From: Candidatus Poribacteria bacterium
GTDB taxonomy: Bacteria > Poribacteria > WGA-4E > UBA9662
Assembly (NCBI GenBank): GCA_002709695.1
Contig: PAQF01000078.1
Span: forward strand, 116,980 to 180,979
DNA length: 64,000 nucleotides
Direction: 5' to 3'
The translations under genes were made by a program, and so were the position numbers. A model generated the notes under the pieces. That model worked only from the letters and a program-made list of their open reading frames with translations. It was not told the DNA's origin and ran no database searches. Below, one piece after another: positions 49,035-59,496 of this stretch. Each line of letters starts with the position of its first letter. Positions within the stretch are counted from its first letter, which is position 1.

Positions 49035-49868
49035 AATTTCATCTCCATCAGATCGTTCTGTAGTTTTGCTGTTGGTGATTTCAAGCTATATGCTGATGCC
49101 AACCAATTCACCTGTAACAGAGCTTTACCTAGTTCCTAAAATCTTCCAATTAGCTTCTAATCCCACTCCGCAGAAAAATCGATTTTAGGCTAAACACTAG
49201 GTAATTAACCACTAAGTTCCAAAACAAGAAGACTACTTTAAACTATTTGAGTTTGGGTGAAACTGGAAAAACGGCTATCAAGGTAATTAAGGCGAAAATA
49301 GATACATCATTTGGGCTGAGGCGTTCGCATTCAGTTCTGTTTTAACTGTTTATTTAGAGAACGAGCTTGCGATTAAAAAGTTGACTGAATTCTGTGTTTT
49401 TAGCCATGGTTTAAGTATTATTCATCAGTTGATTACCTACATCCTGTTTATATTATTAGAGAGTAGGATCTATGATTAATTCGTGAATAATCTGCTGTAG
49501 GTATGACTCTTACTTAGTGGGTACTTCATTAGTTCATGTGAACCTTGGTTAATGCCATTTGTTGTTTTAAGTGCCAGAATTGGTTCAATAATAGCTCAAG
49601 AAAAACAATAACTGACATTTAAACAGGCGAAAATGATAAGTTTTTCTAATCTTTCAGACGTTCGTTGCTAACAGGAGTTTTTTTATTTATAATATATGTG
49701 CTAGTGGTAAAGTAAGAGTGAAACATAATAGCGTTGCTAGCACAAAAGTTATTATAAAACAAAACGGGAATTTATCTTGATTTTCTCAGATGGCAATTCA
49801 GAGTTTTAGTAACGCAGGATATATTCCGTAAATACATAATTTCATGGTAATTCATAAAGGGAGGCATT

Positions 49869-50777
49869 GTGATGGACGGGACGGTTGGGTCAATTTCAAG
49901 GAGGAAACTAACGGACGAGAGTGTATTTGCTGAGTTGAGCAACCAAGGATTTTGCGTTTTACCAAGCTATCTGCCAAGCGAACAAGTTAAAACTTTGACA
50001 GCGGCAGCACGCCGACTCCATCCGTCTTGGGCTGATCTCCCTTCCGAAGAGTTGCCGTCTACAGGCGACCTTCCAAGTCCAAATGCCTTTCCGTCTAAAA
50101 GTGCTGGTTTCCCGTATGAAGAGCCATGCCTTAATCAGATTATTGTGGCTCCAGATACAATAGCTCTTGCGAAACGTTGGTTGGAAACAGAGCAAATCTG
50201 CATGCGTGGAAGCGGTTGTTCTGTTCGTTACCCGGGGTTTGTCGATGGCACGGGCCGACACGTGGACGGATTCTCGCTACTTCCAACGAATAGGGCAAGC
50301 CGTCGACACAATCAACTCAAGTTTTGGTATTATCTTTCCGATGTTGAATCTGAGATGGCACCGACTTCGTTCTGGCCCACCCAATGGGATGAAGACGGTC
50401 CACATGTGGTAGGTGACGAGCAAAAAATTACGGGGCCGGCAGGTTCGTTGGTTGTTTTCTCAATCTTCACCTACCATTCGCGAAACGATTTTATTCAGAC
50501 GAATGGAGAGCGATATGTTTTCACCGTACGGTGGGGGCGTCGTGACCATCCGTGGGAAGGGATGTCAGAGTACGTGATGTCTGGGAGTAATCCGGCCTTT
50601 TCGGCTTTCGTCGGGAACTTAGCTCCTAGTACCCGAGAACTTTTCCATTTCCCGCCTGTTGGTCATCCGTACTATACAGAGGAAACACTGAGCGATTTAG
50701 AAAATCGGTATCCCGGATGGGATGCTCATGGTGAATACCATGCCGCCATTGGCACAAACGGCCGTACACAATTGTAG
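49869..50777 (+). CDS. PhyH-like Fe(II)/2OG dioxygenase (divergent)
   Basis: GTGRHVDGFS (HxD), GPAGSLVVFS, TYHSRN. The gene looks GC-richer than its surroundings. GTG start with GGGAGG RBS. Confidence 0.55.
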   Translation: MMDGTVGSISRRKLTDESVFAELSNQGFCVLPSYLPSEQVKTLTAAARRLHPSWADLPSEELPSTGDLPSPNAFPSKSAGFPYEEPCLNQIIVAPDTIALAKRWLETEQICMRGSGCSVRYPGFVDGTGRHVDGFSLLPTNRASRRHNQLKFWYYLSDVESEMAPTSFWPTQWDEDGPHVVGDEQKITGPAGSLVVFSIFTYHSRNDFIQTNGERYVFTVRWGRRDHPWEGMSEYVMSGSNPAFSAFVGNLAPSTRELFHFPPVGHPYYTEETLSDLENRYPGWDAHGEYHAAIGTNGRTQL

Positions 50778-51135
50778 TAACTCATTATGTTTGTAGAAGG
50801 GGTATTATATATTTCAGATGTCAGTTTTTCTAATAATACTTTTCGTGATGGCGTAGAGCGTGTGTTTTTTTAGCCAACTAATTTTCTTGAGGGTATGTTT
50901 GTTTAGCAGCAGAAGGACTAGGAACACCTCAGTTTGAGATTCAAATGCTAAATGTTGTACCCACATGCATTGATTCCCGATAACCATTGTAGTGCTAGGC
51001 TATATGAAACGGCGGGTCGTGTTTTGTCACTACTTGGAATTTATGTTGCAAAGATATCAAGTTTAGAAGGTTTCGTATATCCTGCTTGCTCCGTAGGAGC
51101 ATCGCACGGCGGTCACGATCGAATCCCTACTTTGA

Positions 51136-51612
51136 TTACAAATCAATTTCCGGATCGGGGTGGATCGGATCTACCCAAAAAACGTTCTCAGGCTCTTCTG
51201 CTACAGGTATGTCTAAGTTTACAATTACAGGTTCTTGGTCACTGCGCACGAGAACGCATTCCAAAGATTCATCTTCATTTGCATTGATTTCTTGATGAGG
51301 GACATAAGGAGGAACGTAAATAAAGTCGCCAGGGCCTGCTTCGGCAGTAAATTCTAGTTGATTCCCCCACCGCATGCGCGCCTTTCCTTTGACCACATAA
51401 ATCACGCTTTCTAGGGGGCCATGGTGGTGTGCACCTGTCTTTGCGTTAGGATAAATTTTAACTGTTCCCGCCCACAATTTCTCGGCTCCTGCACTCGCCC
51501 GATTAATTGCTGTTGCTCTTGTCATTCCTGGAGTCTGCGCTGTGTCTAAATCGAGTTGGTTACTAGTTACTACTCGAACACCTTGTTCACGCCAATCTGT
51601 TTTCTGAGCCAT
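51136..51612 (-). CDS. Cupin-domain protein
   Basis: GAHHHGPLESVIYVVKGKARMRWG ... GDFIYVPPYVPHQE, two cupin motifs with His ligands. Confidence 0.75.
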   Translation of the reverse strand: MAQKTDWREQGVRVVTSNQLDLDTAQTPGMTRATAINRASAGAEKLWAGTVKIYPNAKTGAHHHGPLESVIYVVKGKARMRWGNQLEFTAEAGPGDFIYVPPYVPHQEINANEDESLECVLVRSDQEPVIVNLDIPVAEEPENVFWVDPIHPDPEIDL

Positions 51613-51613
51613 T

Positions 51614-53074
51614 TTACAAAATCCTCTCTCTCCACTGATACATGCGCAGAGCTGGATCGTCTGTTTCTTGCATCCATTTCTTCAATTTAGTTTTCAATAT
51701 TTTCAACTTATCTAAATACTTGGGGTTATCGATCAAGTTATCCATCTCGTATGGATCTGTTTCTAAATCATATAGTTCATCTTGGCTTGTTAGATTACAT
51801 CCGTATTTCAAATTCCCCATTCGGAGTGTTTTCATTGATGTTGCTACATTACCAAGTCCAAGAAATTCAGTAACCACAAAATCACGCCAATGTAATACTT
51901 CTCCCTTAATTAGAGGCAAAAGTGATGTGCCGTGGATTTTGCCTTGATCGTAGTCTCCATCTGCAAAATCCAAAATCGTTGGATACATGTCAGCGAGTGA
52001 TGAGAATTCCGAAATTCGCTTTCCTGCGTGCGATCTGCTTGGAAATCTAATAATTAAGGGAATGTGATGGGTTTCTTCAAAATGATGCCATCCTTTATCC
52101 AATAAACCACCATGGCTACCCAATGTTTCTCCGTGGTCAGCGGTAAAAATCAAGACTGTATTTTCCAATTCACCATTTTCTTTTAACCAATCATAGAGTC
52201 GACCAATTTGACTGTCAATCATTGATACTCGTGCATAATAATATTTTATTGCCACTGCCCAATCTTTCCAAGTTAATGATTCGTGGTTCCAATGAATTTT
52301 CAAGTGATGTGGACCTGAAATATCTCGCGAAGGCCATTCATAATTTGGCCAAGGCGGGATGTCAACATCTTCGTACCAATCCAAAAATTCGCTGGTGGCA
52401 AAATATGGTGCGTGTGGCCCCCAAAAATTCAGACTGATAAAGTATGGCAGATTCCGTCTTTTAAACGAACAGGCCATCTCAATGACGTTATCCACAAGAT
52501 ATGCTGGTACTGTTGCGTTTGTTGGTATTGCTAGTTCTCCAATACCGTTTCTAATCATAGTGGTGGGTTCATCCCAAGGTTGTACACTAAGTGTGTGTCC
52601 CTTGGAACGTAACCATTCCAAATAACTTGGATACTCCTGTCCAGCTCCACCATGTCCTGCAAAATCCTGTCCTTCGTATCCAATACATGATGGCAAAGAA
52701 GGTTTATTCGAGCCTTGAAAAGTTCTGTTTTGGTCTGACCCTAGGTGCCATTTCCCTGTAAAGCCTACGCCATAACCTGCTGCCTGTAATCGTCGAGGCA
52801 AAAGTTCAGGGCGGTCTTCCAATTCATGAACACTACACCCGACTTCATGTGTGTTTGATGTAATTCCATGGGTGTGTGGATATACTCCTGTTTGGATTGT
52901 TCCTCTCGCTGGGCTACAAACGGGATACACTGTATACGTGTTTTCAAACAGTACACCTTCGTTTGCCAACCGATCAATCTTAGGTGTGCGGCATGGTGTC
53001 TCACCATATGCGCCTACACCTGATAAACGGTGTTGATCTGTTAAGATGAATATGATGTTCGGTTGTTTTTTCAT
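51614..53074 (-). CDS. Sulfatase (Cys-type formylglycine sulfatase), no signal peptide
   Basis: PNIIFILTDQHR, CSPARGTIQTG (C-x-P-x-R), GKWHLG, downstream metal ligands. N-terminus MKKQPNIIFIL lacks a signal peptide. Confidence 0.9.
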   Translation of the reverse strand: MKKQPNIIFILTDQHRLSGVGAYGETPCRTPKIDRLANEGVLFENTYTVYPVCSPARGTIQTGVYPHTHGITSNTHEVGCSVHELEDRPELLPRRLQAAGYGVGFTGKWHLGSDQNRTFQGSNKPSLPSCIGYEGQDFAGHGGAGQEYPSYLEWLRSKGHTLSVQPWDEPTTMIRNGIGELAIPTNATVPAYLVDNVIEMACSFKRRNLPYFISLNFWGPHAPYFATSEFLDWYEDVDIPPWPNYEWPSRDISGPHHLKIHWNHESLTWKDWAVAIKYYYARVSMIDSQIGRLYDWLKENGELENTVLIFTADHGETLGSHGGLLDKGWHHFEETHHIPLIIRFPSRSHAGKRISEFSSLADMYPTILDFADGDYDQGKIHGTSLLPLIKGEVLHWRDFVVTEFLGLGNVATSMKTLRMGNLKYGCNLTSQDELYDLETDPYEMDNLIDNPKYLDKLKILKTKLKKWMQETDDPALRMYQWRERIL

Positions 53075-53717
53075 TATAAAATATATTCTAATTTTAGTTT
53101 AATAATTTTCTCTTTCCAGTCAAGAAGTCCATCAGGCACCAACACATATTTAGGTGATGTATCCACGTTACAATCTCGTATTGATTATCTTATTTTTTAA
53201 AACGAGCTTATAGCTCGAAAGCTGACCCAACTTCATAGGTTTATTTTAGAAAAAATATTTGCTAATTTGTGCAATCGGAAATCGAAAAATACCATTTAAT
53301 ATTACTTAGCATTTACATTGAAAGAAGTCATAATTTCTACAGCCGAGATAAAAATTATGGAATGAAGACATATATTGCGTTTCAAATGAGTTTTGGTTGT
53401 GTTGTTTTGTAACGAGTTAGAGGTTCAGGGTAGCATGCTGTATAACTGAGATCTTGACACATTATATCATTATTAATTTAATGTTTAAGTTGGAAATATT
53501 TGGCGAACTTTGATTGAGTCTACTACAAAATATTTGGCCTCTTCGTACCAGTAAATTAATTTGAATTCGCCATTTGATTTAGATAGACTTTAATCAATTG
53601 GTGACACGAATTTCTCTAGTCGATTAAAACTTTGGTTAATCTTAAATGATTTTGGTCAGGAGGAAAAGGTTAGTAAGATCTCATTTGTAGGAAATCTCCA
53701 TGTAGGTCAAAAAAATA

Positions 53718-54566
53718 ATGGTTGGTAAAATGGTAACAGGGAAGCAGTTTCGGTTAACTTCAGATGAATTGGGTCGATGGGATCGCGACGGTTATTTGGT
53801 TCGTCTTAACGTCTTCAGTATGGAAGAGAATGATGTGCTCCGTCAAGTAGCGGAAGATATTGTTGATGGTAAGCGCCCATTTCCCATTGTACACATTGAC
53901 CATAATGCATTGATTGGGGTAGGTAATGCAGAGCGAACTGGCATCTACGCTATGCACAAAATTCACCATCCAAGTAGTTACTCCACCGAATTTCTGTTTC
54001 GTACACGTGATCCTCGATTAACAGATCCATTAGTTGATCTCTTGGGGCCAGATCTTTTGGGGATTAATAACCTTTTTATCTGGAAATCGCCAGAGATAGG
54101 GTTAGGATTCCCTTGGCATCAGGATAAGTTCTACTTTCGCAGCCGGTTTCGAACGGAAACAACCGTTGGTACTTGGATGTCGATCGATGCAGCCGATCAG
54201 GAAAACGGCTGTCTCTATGTAATTCCAGGTAGCCACAAAAAGAACATTTTTCAGCATGATGATCTAGAAGGACCTCAACAGAGGGAGTTCAAATTAGCAC
54301 GCGATGTTCGCAACGAAGATGGCGTACCTGTGGAAGTTCCTTCAGGTGCTGTTATCTGGTTCCATAGTCATCTGTTACATAAGAGCATGGACAACCATAG
54401 CCAACGTTTTCGTCGTAGCTATGTAGCTCATTACCTCAGTGCACAAGCTGAATGGTCTAGTCCTGAAAATGTAGGATGTGGTCAAGCGATAATGTGGATT
54501 CGGGGGCGAACTTACCCCAATAAAGTCCATCAGGTAGAAACCGACGTTTTGCCGATTCCTAAATAA
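53718..54566 (+). CDS. Phytanoyl-CoA dioxygenase (PhyH) family protein
   Basis: PWHQDKFYF (HxD), YVIPGSHKK, HSHLLHKS. Confidence 0.75.
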   Translation: MVGKMVTGKQFRLTSDELGRWDRDGYLVRLNVFSMEENDVLRQVAEDIVDGKRPFPIVHIDHNALIGVGNAERTGIYAMHKIHHPSSYSTEFLFRTRDPRLTDPLVDLLGPDLLGINNLFIWKSPEIGLGFPWHQDKFYFRSRFRTETTVGTWMSIDAADQENGCLYVIPGSHKKNIFQHDDLEGPQQREFKLARDVRNEDGVPVEVPSGAVIWFHSHLLHKSMDNHSQRFRRSYVAHYLSAQAEWSSPENVGCGQAIMWIRGRTYPNKVHQVETDVLPIPK

Positions 54567-54661
54567 ATTGATGTCTCCTCTGTACTTGTGACTGTGCTGG
54601 TTGACCGTTCGGTTTAACCTTTTTTATTACTTAGCCTGTGTTGTTTTTTCATTTTAACCCT

Positions 54662-55456
54662 TTAAGAATCTACAAAGGGAAATGTCCCATTATAGCCTAG
54701 CGCGGTAATCGCCGGTAGTGACGAGCTGACGAACGAAATGCCTGGAAACATTGGTGTTTGCTGATAATGTAGTACCACGTTACTACGTAACGGAGTGTTG
54801 TCATCCTCTTGTGTCAGTTTGGCACCTTGGTGCGGAATATGGCTGAAGAAGACTACCGCGTCGCCAGTTAGTGGGTAAAGGTGGGTTTGTTGTTGTTTTT
54901 CGCACCACTGGTAGAATGGATTATCTGAGTTGTATCCACCGAGATGACGGATCTCTTCGGGCAAGGCGTTGTGGCAGAAGTTATCTATAAAGGTAAGTCT
55001 ACCTGTTTCAGGTGTGTTGTCTGTTAGGTAGAAGGTGGTATTGATGCAAAGCGGTCGCAATGCGTGGCGAGCTTCATCGGGAGCGTCCCAGTAATACCCG
55101 AAATCCTTGTGCCATTCTTGAGTATAGGCTCCAGGGTTAATATGCGCCCGAAAGCTGCGCAACTGGCATTGTCGGCCTAGCATGGCCTTGAGATACGGAG
55201 ATACCGAATCATGACCAATCAGTACTCGTGCCAACTCAGGTTCCTGTTCTAGTAGACGGTCGAAGGCCACATTGCCGACCTCGTTGCTAATATCCCATTC
55301 TTTGTGTTTGTATTTTCGTGTTAGGCATTCACGCCAAGCTTCAACTGTTTCTAAGTCGAGTGCGTCGCGCACAAGTAGATAGCCATGTTGATCTAGCGCA
55401 TCAAGCTGTGGTTCTAGGCCCTTAATTTCTGCCGTATCGGCGATTAGTTCTCCCAT
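54662..55456 (-). CDS. Phytanoyl-CoA dioxygenase (PhyH) family protein
   Basis: EWHKDFGYY (HxD), TGRLTFI, FFSHIPHQG. Confidence 0.65.
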   Translation of the reverse strand: MGELIADTAEIKGLEPQLDALDQHGYLLVRDALDLETVEAWRECLTRKYKHKEWDISNEVGNVAFDRLLEQEPELARVLIGHDSVSPYLKAMLGRQCQLRSFRAHINPGAYTQEWHKDFGYYWDAPDEARHALRPLCINTTFYLTDNTPETGRLTFIDNFCHNALPEEIRHLGGYNSDNPFYQWCEKQQQTHLYPLTGDAVVFFSHIPHQGAKLTQEDDNTPLRSNVVLHYQQTPMFPGISFVSSSLPAITALGYNGTFPFVDS

Positions 55457-56267
55457 ATTTTTCTCCTTTGCCTCATTTGTTTATCAATTGATCTATAAAA
55501 ACATTCTGTACACTGTGTCGTGGATATATCAACTGAATTTCGATGGTATAACATAGTTTATTTCTGTGTGCCAACCTGAGTTTATAAGAATTCATCCATT
55601 TTGCCGTCCTCTACTGAGATCTCGGTTTTCTCGTGTGGCTTGAGCTTTTTACTGTGTTAATTCCAAAAGTGGTCTTTGGCTGTGTGGAGACCGGGATCTG
55701 TCAACTTTAGTTTTGGACTAGATTTTACCAGTGCCAACAACTCAAAAATGGGCCGATTTCTCACCTCAAACCCAATCAAGAAAAGAATTTGAGGTAAATC
55801 TGACATAGAAGGCAGATTTGGAAACTTTTGCAGGCTGATGGTTCTTTCATTTTACCACAATTCCTGCTCCCTTCCAAGACTTTTGGCTATTTTACAATAG
55901 CGTGGTCTACGGTAAACGGGGCTAATGTGTTTCATGACAGAGAATGCTATCAAATTGTATTCTAATCTACTTGATAGCTATGATGCTGCAGTTTGGCTTA
56001 GCCGAATAAGGTTCAGACAAGTGTCTAGAGATTGTTTTATAGTTATTACATACTACACCAAAATGTTTTGTTACCTCTCTGAGGCATCTTCGACACTTAA
56101 TGTCTAATATTGCTGAAACATGTAATCTATTCAAATGTTTAGGTTGGAACTGATGGTTTCCTGGCTTTTTCAGTTTAGGCAAGAGGGCAAATCAATATAA
56201 CAGAGACCTTTAGTTTATGAGAGGATTTTAGATTTTATTTGTAGTTGTTAGTAGTTGAGTTTAACAT

Positions 56268-57446
56268 CTAACTGCCTAAGCGTTTGTTTTCTTCCTCAAG
56301 CCAGTCTGCATCAGCCATTGGCATTGGTGTCAGTTCCTCTAGTCCAGCTTCATTACGCCAGCGTATTAGTGGATGTTCGCGATTGAGCTGTGGGAGGTCA
56401 ACGCGTGTACCATAAGCTGAGGATTCAAAAATCCCCATTATAATTTCGATGACATGAAGGCCTTCCGCTCCGCTACATTCGTGTTCTCTTCCTTCATCTA
56501 AAGCTCGGACATATTCGTCTACAAACCAATAATCACCTTCAACCATACTGCTATTACCAGAAATGGTTTTGGCTGCTTGCTCAAAGCTTTCTGGGTATAT
56601 GGGTTTTAGAGCTTGCCATTGATCTAGGTTGTTGTTTACAGGCAGAGCGTGAGGGTTTGGTAACTTCCATGCACCTCGTGGGTGCCACATCAATCGCCCT
56701 TCTGTACCATAGAGTTCGACCACATGTGCATCCAAGTTCAACTTGTCAAAGCGATGTTGTAGCAGAGTACCCGTTACCCCATTGTCAAATTGTAATGATG
56801 CGGTGACGTGGTCACCTGCAATGATGCCGTTTCCACGTGGTGCAGGCAAAACATCTTGTGGAGTAATAGGACGTCCACGAGTAGTAGCATGTGCGGTAAC
56901 GCTCTGGCAATGGCCTCCAAATTTTATCATAGAGGTTAGTAAATGAGTGCCAATCTCCATTAGCCCAAAACCGCCATAATACCCTTTTCCACTAGCGTAT
57001 ATATAACGTAATTCGCCGATCTCACCCGCCTGATAGGCTCGATTAATAGCTTGTGTCCAAGCACTCAACCTCCACTGATGGTGAACCGCAACTTGGACTG
57101 ATTTTTTTGATGCTTTACTCATTACTGCATCAGTTTCGATAAGATTCAAACCCATCGGTTTTTCTACTTCAATGTTAACTCCATGTTCCAACACTCGTAA
57201 TGCTAGTGGTGCATGCAAGGCAGGGGCAGTTGGGATAGCTACAATGTCAGGTTCTGTTTGGCGGATCATTTCGTCCAAATCCGTAAATCGAGCTTCTACG
57301 TTAATCTCATTTCCTAAGGTATTTAGCCTATCCTCAAGCAAATCACACAAACCGACTACCTCCGCCCGTGGATGGGCGTGATAAACTCTAGCTGCTGAAG
57401 AACCACGGGATCGACAGCCTAAAATGGCAACTCGGTACTGTTTCAT
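56268..57446 (-). CDS. Gfo/Idh/MocA-family oxidoreductase
   Basis: YRVAILGCRSRGSSAARVY Rossmann, EKPMGLNLIETD; 392 aa. Confidence 0.85.
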   Translation of the reverse strand: MKQYRVAILGCRSRGSSAARVYHAHPRAEVVGLCDLLEDRLNTLGNEINVEARFTDLDEMIRQTEPDIVAIPTAPALHAPLALRVLEHGVNIEVEKPMGLNLIETDAVMSKASKKSVQVAVHHQWRLSAWTQAINRAYQAGEIGELRYIYASGKGYYGGFGLMEIGTHLLTSMIKFGGHCQSVTAHATTRGRPITPQDVLPAPRGNGIIAGDHVTASLQFDNGVTGTLLQHRFDKLNLDAHVVELYGTEGRLMWHPRGAWKLPNPHALPVNNNLDQWQALKPIYPESFEQAAKTISGNSSMVEGDYWFVDEYVRALDEGREHECSGAEGLHVIEIIMGIFESSAYGTRVDLPQLNREHPLIRWRNEAGLEELTPMPMADADWLEEENKRLGS

Positions 57447-58253
57447 TTTTTTCCCTTTGTCTAAGGATTATCGTAGAAAAAACGCGATTTGGAAATCGTT
57501 CTGCAATAGTCCAATTTAAAATGTAATCTGGTTGGAAGTTTTTTCCATTCTAGCAAATACAAACCTAATCCCGCAAGCTTTAAGTAGGATCTTGGAAATG
57601 GCTAACTATTAGTCCGATTCTAGTTCGGCTGAAACTATTCTTAAACAATCTATTTAGATTGGTTTGGGTTAGCAAAAAGCCACGTAAATCAATATTAATC
57701 TACACTATTGAGGTTCAGTCCTCTTTACCTTATATTCACTATGTTAAAATGCTTCTACATTGATCTTGGAGAAATGAAAATTATTTCCAATCACTGCGCG
57801 TGTTGAAATTGGTTTTGCTAAATTTCAAACTCTCGACGTTCGCCGGTTTTATAAGACTTACATCATCAATATATCAGCGGGTAAAGAAATGTTGTCACAG
57901 TAGTCTAAATTATCGACTAGATGCACATAAATTTACAGTATAGTCTGAAAATAAACAAATTCAAAGTGTCAAAGTACTGTATGAATATTATTTATCAGAA
58001 CAGCTGGATTCTAGATGGATTTAGGTTAACGCTAGAGCTGGCAGCTGATAAAGTTAACGAGTTATATTCAAAATTTTAATTCAAGATCTGTTTTCTACTT
58101 ATGTTGCATAACGCCCATGCTTGGTTTAGAATAGTTGATTGGAGATAGCCGTTATCAGGAATCGACGGTCTCAAGGGATTTCTATCGTGTTATGTGGTAT
58201 GTGACGATTCGAACGTAGAGCATCAAACTAATTGCTTAATTTGGAGGATTACA

Positions 58254-59267
58254 ATGAAAATCGCTGCTATGTTTACTGACGGTTCCGGTGGAATCGTTGA
58301 CCGGCCCGACCCTCAACCTGTCGAGGACTTTGTGTTGGTTAAAATCCGATCGGTGCCAATGTGTACCGAATATAAAGGTTTTAAAAGGGAACGTGAGCAA
58401 GATGCCGTGGGCTTTGGGCACGAAGCTGCAGGTGAAGTAGTTGCAGTCGCTCAATCGGGGCGGGTGAAGGTAGGTGATCGTGTTGTTGTTCAGCCTCAAC
58501 TTGGTTGCGGGGCTTGCTGGTTATGTCTAGATGGTGAACACATCCATTGCCAAAATGGGAGGCGACTGCCAGAAGGCCAGACAGCTGGGCACACTTATGC
58601 TCAATATATTCTCAAGCCCGATTGGTTGCTGTCACCTTTTCCCGAAGACATTAGCTATAAACACGCTGGAATGGCTTGTTGCGGTTTAGGACCAACATTT
58701 GGAGCTATGCAAAAGATGAATGTTAATGCCTTGGACACTGTTATGATTACGGGAATGGGGCCAGTTGGGCTTGGAGGCGTGATCAACGGTCATCATCGCG
58801 GTGCTAAAGTAATTGCAGTTGAGAGTCAACCTTTTAGGGCCAACCTGGCTCAAGAACTAGGGGCCACGGCTGTTTTTGATCCTAATGATGAGAATGTTCT
58901 AGATAAGATTATGGATTTAACTGATGGTTTAGGTGTTGATAAAGCTATGGATTGTTCAGGAGCGTCTCCTGCTCATCGATTGATGGTCGATGCACTTCGT
59001 CGAAAAGGGCAAGCTTGCTTTATCGGCCAGGGAGGGGATTTCCCTTTGGGTGCAAGTCGTGATATGATTAGCAAGGGAATAGGGCTACATGGGATTTGGC
59101 ACTATAATTTATCCTTCTTCCCTGCTTTGGTCAAAATGATCAATCAAGTTGGAGATCAGTTGGATAAATTCATCACCCACCAGTATGGAATGAGTCAAGT
59201 GCAGGAGGCTTGGGAACAACAATGTACAGGTAATGCAGGTAAAGTTGTTCTTGATCCATGGGCTTAG
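58254..59267 (+). CDS. Zn-dependent alcohol dehydrogenase (MDR family)
   Basis: Start at ATG 58254 with GGAGG RBS (the track ORF starts upstream at 58194). GHEAAGEV, CGACWLC structural-Zn Cys cluster, GMGPVGLG Rossmann. Confidence 0.8.
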   Translation: MKIAAMFTDGSGGIVDRPDPQPVEDFVLVKIRSVPMCTEYKGFKREREQDAVGFGHEAAGEVVAVAQSGRVKVGDRVVVQPQLGCGACWLCLDGEHIHCQNGRRLPEGQTAGHTYAQYILKPDWLLSPFPEDISYKHAGMACCGLGPTFGAMQKMNVNALDTVMITGMGPVGLGGVINGHHRGAKVIAVESQPFRANLAQELGATAVFDPNDENVLDKIMDLTDGLGVDKAMDCSGASPAHRLMVDALRRKGQACFIGQGGDFPLGASRDMISKGIGLHGIWHYNLSFFPALVKMINQVGDQLDKFITHQYGMSQVQEAWEQQCTGNAGKVVLDPWA

Positions 59268-59496
59268 GATTTCACAAGCAATACTAATAACGTAAAGAGG
59301 GCGAAGAATTAAAAGAATTTTTTTAGTGTGTGCTTGGTTGTATTAATAATTTAGTACTATGTTGATTAAAGGCTTTTTTAACGGGTTCTATTTGTGGCAC
59401 AAGTTTAAGTCGACTCTCTTGTTGATTTGTGTTTCGGCTAGTTTTAGCAACGATTTAAGCTAGTCAATACCTTGGAGTAGAAAAGGGAAAAAGCAC

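Noticed and set aside
50952-51287. 111-aa plus-strand ORF overlapping the cupin gene
   Set aside because: It is antisense to a cupin ORF with clear motifs and has no RBS or domain signal.
58195-58260. tRNA-like T-arm-like string GTTCGAATC (minus strand) upstream of the alcohol dehydrogenase gene
   Set aside because: No flanking acceptor or T-stem complementarity and no 3' CCA context could be built. No cloverleaf can be formed.
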